From NCBI GenBank assembly GCA_017592665.1, contig JAGFNW010000027.1, forward strand, positions 28,264 to 92,263: DNA of 64,000 bases. The letters are read 5' to 3'. The translations under genes were made by a program, and so were the position numbers. Positions 56,790-64,000 of this stretch are shown in pieces; the stretch's first letter is position 1; every line of letters starts with the position of its first letter. The notes under the pieces were generated by a model. It worked only from the letters and a program-made list of their open reading frames with translations, was not told the origin of the DNA and did not search any database. This DNA comes from Streptosporangiaceae bacterium NEAU-GS5 (lineage in GTDB: Bacteria > Actinomycetota > Actinomycetes > Streptosporangiales > Streptosporangiaceae).

Positions 56790-57686
56790 CTAGCGGCCCT
56801 GCCTGGACTCCCACGCTTCGACCCGGCGGCGGTAGGCGCGCGCGGCGGCGCGAAGGTCGGCCTCGAGGTCGCGGTCGCCGGCCTGCCGTACGAGATCGAA
56901 CAGATCGCCGAGACCCTCGGCGAGCTCGGGCGGCGCGCCGGCGCGGGCCGCCTTGCGGAGCAGCTGCGCGGCGAGGATCAGCGCGGGCTGCCCCATCGGG
57001 ACGTCCACGGCCGACCGGCCGGCCTTCTCCGCCTTCTTGATCGCCTCCCAGTTGGCGTTGACCTCGTCGGCGCCGCTGACCTCGACGCCCGCGAACACGT
57101 GCGGATGCCGGCGGATCAGCTTGGTGACGATGCCCTCGGCCACGTCGTCGACGTCGAAGCCCTCGGCGATCCGCGAATGGAACGCCACCTGGAACAGCAG
57201 GTCGCCCAGCTCCTCCTTGAGCGCACCGTAATCACCGGATTCGATGGTCTCCACGACCTCGTAGGCCTCTTCGAGGAGATACGGGACGAGCGTCTCATGG
57301 GTCTGCCGCCCATCCCACGGGCACTCTTCGCGCAGCCGGTCCATCACCTCGACCATGTCGAGCAGGCGCGCCCCTGGCAGGTCGTACGACCCGGGGATGA
57401 CCTCGATCTCCGGCGGGTCGTCGAGCGCCAGCGCCGCGTGTCCCGCGGCGCGCAGGAAGCCCGCGTCGCCGTCCTGCGCGGCAAGCCAGACCACATTCCC
57501 CGTACGGCTCTCGCCGACGATCCACACCGGATCGTCCTTGACCGTGACGGGCCCGTCCAGATACGGCAGCAGCGGATGATCCGCCGCCCCGGTGAACACG
57601 GGCCCGTCCCGCAGCGCCGCCCACGCCTGCGCGCTGAGCAACCCGGGAGCCACCCGCGGCGAGGAGGTGACGACGATGAGGGCCAT
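56790..57686 (-). CDS. mazG: MazG nucleoside triphosphate pyrophosphohydrolase
   Basis: Tandem MazG domains ('EEAYEV...', 'ELGDLLFQVAFHSRIAE'). Conserved position next to eno and mfd. Confidence 0.85.
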   Translation of the reverse strand: MALIVVTSSPRVAPGLLSAQAWAALRDGPVFTGAADHPLLPYLDGPVTVKDDPVWIVGESRTGNVVWLAAQDGDAGFLRAAGHAALALDDPPEIEVIPGSYDLPGARLLDMVEVMDRLREECPWDGRQTHETLVPYLLEEAYEVVETIESGDYGALKEELGDLLFQVAFHSRIAEGFDVDDVAEGIVTKLIRRHPHVFAGVEVSGADEVNANWEAIKKAEKAGRSAVDVPMGQPALILAAQLLRKAARAGAPPELAEGLGDLFDLVRQAGDRDLEADLRAAARAYRRRVEAWESRQGR

Positions 57687-58330
57687 CAGGGAGTGGCGGC
57701 CGCCGGAGCGGGCGAGGCCGGGATCTTGCCGAAGCGCTCGTCGGCCACCCAGCCCTTGGTGGCGTCGAACTGGCCGTAGCGCGGGTTGACCCGGAGCGGG
57801 ATCACCTTGTCCATCTCCTGCGCCAGCTTGGCGGCGGCGGCCTGCTGGGCGGCCTGATCCTGCCCCGCGCCCATCTGCTGGAGCAGCTTGTTGCGCTGGA
57901 CCAGCGCCTTGATGGCGTCCGGCAGGCGGGCCGGCGTGATGCCGGACTGGACCGCGACCTGCTCGAGCTGCTGCATGCCGCCCTGGCCCTGCGCGACCTG
58001 GGTGAGCACGGCGTCGATCTCACCCGGAGTTACGGTGATGCCCTTGCTCGTGGCGTACTGGTCGGTCTGCACCTCGAACATGATCTGCTGCAGGATCACC
58101 TGGGGGACCGAGCCGGCCAGCTGCATGTTCGCAGTATTGATCTTGTGCGAGGTCAGATACTGCTGGTAGCTGCGGACGTCGGCGTCCAGCCGATCAGAGG
58201 TGATCCGCTCCTGGCCGACGATGGCGGCCGCGCCCGCGTGGACCGGACCGCATCCCACAAGCGCGGCTCCTGCGGCCACGGCGACGAGCAGCACACGAAT
58301 GGACTTCTTAGAGATCTCAGAAGTCGGCAT
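57686..58330 (-). CDS. SurA N-terminal-domain lipoprotein
   Basis: Lipobox 'LVGCG', Gln-rich chaperone-like domain. Start ATG 58330 (MPTSEISKKS). Confidence 0.6.
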   Translation of the reverse strand: MPTSEISKKSIRVLLVAVAAGAALVGCGPVHAGAAAIVGQERITSDRLDADVRSYQQYLTSHKINTANMQLAGSVPQVILQQIMFEVQTDQYATSKGITVTPGEIDAVLTQVAQGQGGMQQLEQVAVQSGITPARLPDAIKALVQRNKLLQQMGAGQDQAAQQAAAAKLAQEMDKVIPLRVNPRYGQFDATKGWVADERFGKIPASPAPAAATP

Positions 58331-58375
58331 GAGATTTCTCCGGAACACTGACATTCCTCTCAGGGCAAGTGCCGG

Positions 58376-61840
<3,465 letters not shown>

Positions 61841-61935
61841 TTGCTCCCCACGATGGCAGCGCGACCACCCCCGTCCTCATGAGGTACGGGGGTTTCGGCT
61901 CCTAGGTTACCTCTCCCGAACGCCGGAAATCCCGC

Positions 61936-62694
61936 ATGATCCGAATCCGGTTGACTACGCTTCGTGACATGTCACAGGTTCTCGACAGCATTGCCGACGG
62001 CGTCTTCACGCACCGGATCCGCGAGCAGTGGACCGAACAGCTCGGCCGCCGGCTCGACATTCTGATCGCCGGCTGCGGCCGGGAGACTGTGATCTTCGAG
62101 GATCGGCTGGACAGCCGGGTCGTCGGAATCGACGAAGACCGCCCGCCGCTTCGGGTGCACACGGCCTCCCGCGCCGACCTCGCCGCCTGGCATCTGGGCG
62201 ACCTGCGCGCCGTGCCACTGCCGCCCCGCGCCTACGACGTGGTGCAGGCGCCGTTCCTGCTGGAGCGGATCGAGCACGCCGAGCTCGTGCTCGACCGGCT
62301 GGTGGCGGCGCTGCGCCCGGGCGGCCTGCTGCTGGTCCGCCTCCGCGACCGGGCCAGCGCGTACGGCTTCTGCGTGCGGATGACCCCTTCCTGGGCGCGG
62401 CGCGCGCTCTGGAAGGGGTTCGTCCGCGCGGGCACGGTCGGGCCTCTGCCGGCCGTCTACGAGGAGGTGTCCTCACGCGAGGGCCTGCACGCCTACTGCC
62501 TCATGCGGGGCCTGATGGTCGCCGAAGAGTATCCGGCGACCAGCGGCGACGCCCGCATCGGGCCGCGCGCGAGCCTGACCGGCATGGTCTGCCGGCTGGT
62601 CGACCGGCTCTCCGGAGGCCGCCTTCCGTCGGACCACGACGAGATCGCCTTCGTGATCCGCAAGCCGCAGAACCACTTCGCCCGGCTCATCTGA
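61936..62694 (+). CDS. SAM-dependent methyltransferase-like protein
   Basis: 'LDILIAGCGRE...VVGIDED' motif I/II and 'LRPGGLLLV'. Start uncertain. Confidence 0.55.
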   Translation: MIRIRLTTLRDMSQVLDSIADGVFTHRIREQWTEQLGRRLDILIAGCGRETVIFEDRLDSRVVGIDEDRPPLRVHTASRADLAAWHLGDLRAVPLPPRAYDVVQAPFLLERIEHAELVLDRLVAALRPGGLLLVRLRDRASAYGFCVRMTPSWARRALWKGFVRAGTVGPLPAVYEEVSSREGLHAYCLMRGLMVAEEYPATSGDARIGPRASLTGMVCRLVDRLSGGRLPSDHDEIAFVIRKPQNHFARLI

Positions 62695-63898
62695 GCGTGA
62701 ACACGGGCTCCCAGGATCCTGGTTTCTGGCTGTTCTCCCGATATCCGGTGAGCTGGGCGACCTCCGTGCCGTCGACCTTCACCAGCACGTACGCGTTGCT
62801 GAACTCGTTCTTGCACGTGCCGGCGCATTTGAGCGCGATCAGGTGATCGTTGTCGGCCCAGGCGACCAGCTGCTCCATCACCTGCGTGCCCACGATCGCG
62901 CCGGTGGCGGCGTCGCGGACCGTGGTCTGCGGACCGGGAGCGGCGCCCGCCGCGGCCAGGAGCATCCCGTCCGGAGAGAATCCGGCCTCCATGTACTGCT
63001 GTTCGCGCGACCACCCGGGGGGCGGCGGCACGGTGGTGCCGTCGAGATCGTAGAAGATCCTGCCGGGCTTGCCGGGCGCCATCTCCGAGATGCGGCTCCC
63101 GTCGGCACTCCACTGGAAGGGGGTGGGCCGCGCCGTGTAGAACCCTTCGTCCGGGGGTGGGGCAGACCGGAAAACGGCCGACCTGGCCGCCGCGTCCACG
63201 AGGTAATAGCCCGGGCGCTTGATCGGCGGCACGGTCGACGAGGTACGCGCCTTGTCGCGGTATTTCGCGGAGGTCGGGTCGCGGTCATACGCGGTGGCGA
63301 GCAGCTTGGTCCCGTCGGGAGACCAGTCGACCGTGGCGACCGGGTGATCCAGGTCGATCCACGCCGTCACCTCGCGCGTGGTCAGATCGAGCAGGCCGAT
63401 GCGCCTGGCGGGCAGCGGCCACTCCAGCACCGCGGCCTGCCGCAGTCCCGGCGCCACCGCTATCACCCCGTACGGAACCTCCAGGTAGGTCCCGGTGGTC
63501 GGGTCATAGACGTGCCAAGTCCGGTGAACGACGGTGTAGCCGTCGGCCATGTCCTCGTACTTCCAGCTCGACCACGCGGATATGGCCACCCGACCCGCGG
63601 CGACGAACCGCTGGGGAGGGGCGTTGTCCGCGATGGCCTGGATGTCGGTCTGGATGTCGGTCGGCGCGGACGTGGGGTCACCCGCCCGGATCGTTCCCGT
63701 CGGCGCCTCGCCTCCGCGGATGCCCGGCAGGATCAGCGCGACGGCCACGGCCGCGGCCACGGCCATCAGGCCCGTGCCCAGGTGGATGAAGCGCCGTCTG
63801 CGTCGGCGGCGCAGCGCGCGACCGGCGAGCCCGGGCGGCACACGCGCCTCCTGCGCCCACTCTCGGAGCGTTTCCCTGATCTGGGTGTCCATGTTCAC
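62687..63898 (-). CDS. anti-sigma factor-like membrane protein with extracytoplasmic beta-propeller (TolB-like) domain
   Basis: Cytoplasmic N-terminus, one TM ('LGTGLMAVAAAVAVALIL') and a periplasmic repeat domain. Its GTG start overlaps the stop of the upstream ECF sigma gene (GTGA). Confidence 0.55.
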   Translation of the reverse strand: MNMDTQIRETLREWAQEARVPPGLAGRALRRRRRRRFIHLGTGLMAVAAAVAVALILPGIRGGEAPTGTIRAGDPTSAPTDIQTDIQAIADNAPPQRFVAAGRVAISAWSSWKYEDMADGYTVVHRTWHVYDPTTGTYLEVPYGVIAVAPGLRQAAVLEWPLPARRIGLLDLTTREVTAWIDLDHPVATVDWSPDGTKLLATAYDRDPTSAKYRDKARTSSTVPPIKRPGYYLVDAAARSAVFRSAPPPDEGFYTARPTPFQWSADGSRISEMAPGKPGRIFYDLDGTTVPPPPGWSREQQYMEAGFSPDGMLLAAAGAAPGPQTTVRDAATGAIVGTQVMEQLVAWADNDHLIALKCAGTCKNEFSNAYVLVKVDGTEVAQLTGYRENSQKPGSWEPVFTLR

Positions 63899-64000
63899 GG
63901 CTTCAGCTCCTCGAACTCGGGTGACAGCGCCCGCAGGCGGGCCAGGGAGCGATGGGCCGTGCTGCGCACGGTCCCGACGGAGCAGCCCATGATCCGTGCG
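63895..64000 (-). CDS. ECF (sigma-70 region 4) RNA polymerase sigma factor, 3' end only; gene continues beyond the window
   Basis: Reverse-strand translation ends '...ARIMGCSVGTVRSTAHRSLARLRALSPEFEELKP*', a sigma-70 region 4.2 HTH. Confidence 0.7.
   Translation of the reverse strand, partial: ARIMGCSVGTVRSTAHRSLARLRALSPEFEELKP

Overview
High-GC (about 70-73%) actinomycete chromosomal window with roughly 60 genes. The gene families look Streptosporangiales- or Streptomyces-like. Most of the window is ordinary core or metabolic content. The right end carries a conserved housekeeping run: mfd, a SurA-like lipoprotein, mazG, eno, ftsB/divIC, DUF501 and ppx. The left end carries a translationally coupled phosphate operon (PiT transporter, small membrane protein, PPK2).

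The standout region is about 10.6 kb at 29.1-39.7 kb. It has AT-rich promoter patches that contrast with the flanking genes. On the plus strand, a membrane-anchored flotillin/SPFH protein is translationally coupled (ATGA overlap) to a 1356-aa caspase-like (peptidase C14 His/Cys dyad) / NACHT ATPase / WD40 beta-propeller STAND protein. Convergently, on the minus strand, a DUF4407-like coiled-coil membrane protein is followed by a second, soluble SPFH-like protein. On the other side of an AT-rich divergent promoter sits an alpha/beta-hydrolase (GHSLGS nucleophile elbow) plus a release-factor-like (baeRF-like) protein. I read this as a candidate membrane-microdomain-associated STAND-caspase programmed-cell-death or defence module. 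I am not aware of this gene combination having been described.

Other notable items:
- A class-I tRNA-like gene with anticodon UAA.
- A 20-30 aa N-terminal motif shared by two otherwise unrelated proteins.
- A TetR/FAD-monooxygenase divergent pair with a palindromic operator.
- An orphan fused sugar ABC permease.
- An in-frame 9-bp tandem repeat inside a LAL/LuxR regulator.

No CRISPR arrays, transposases or integrases were seen. All calls come from reading the sequence and the supplied six-frame ORF track. Many long ORFs in the track are high-GC artefacts and were trimmed or rejected.
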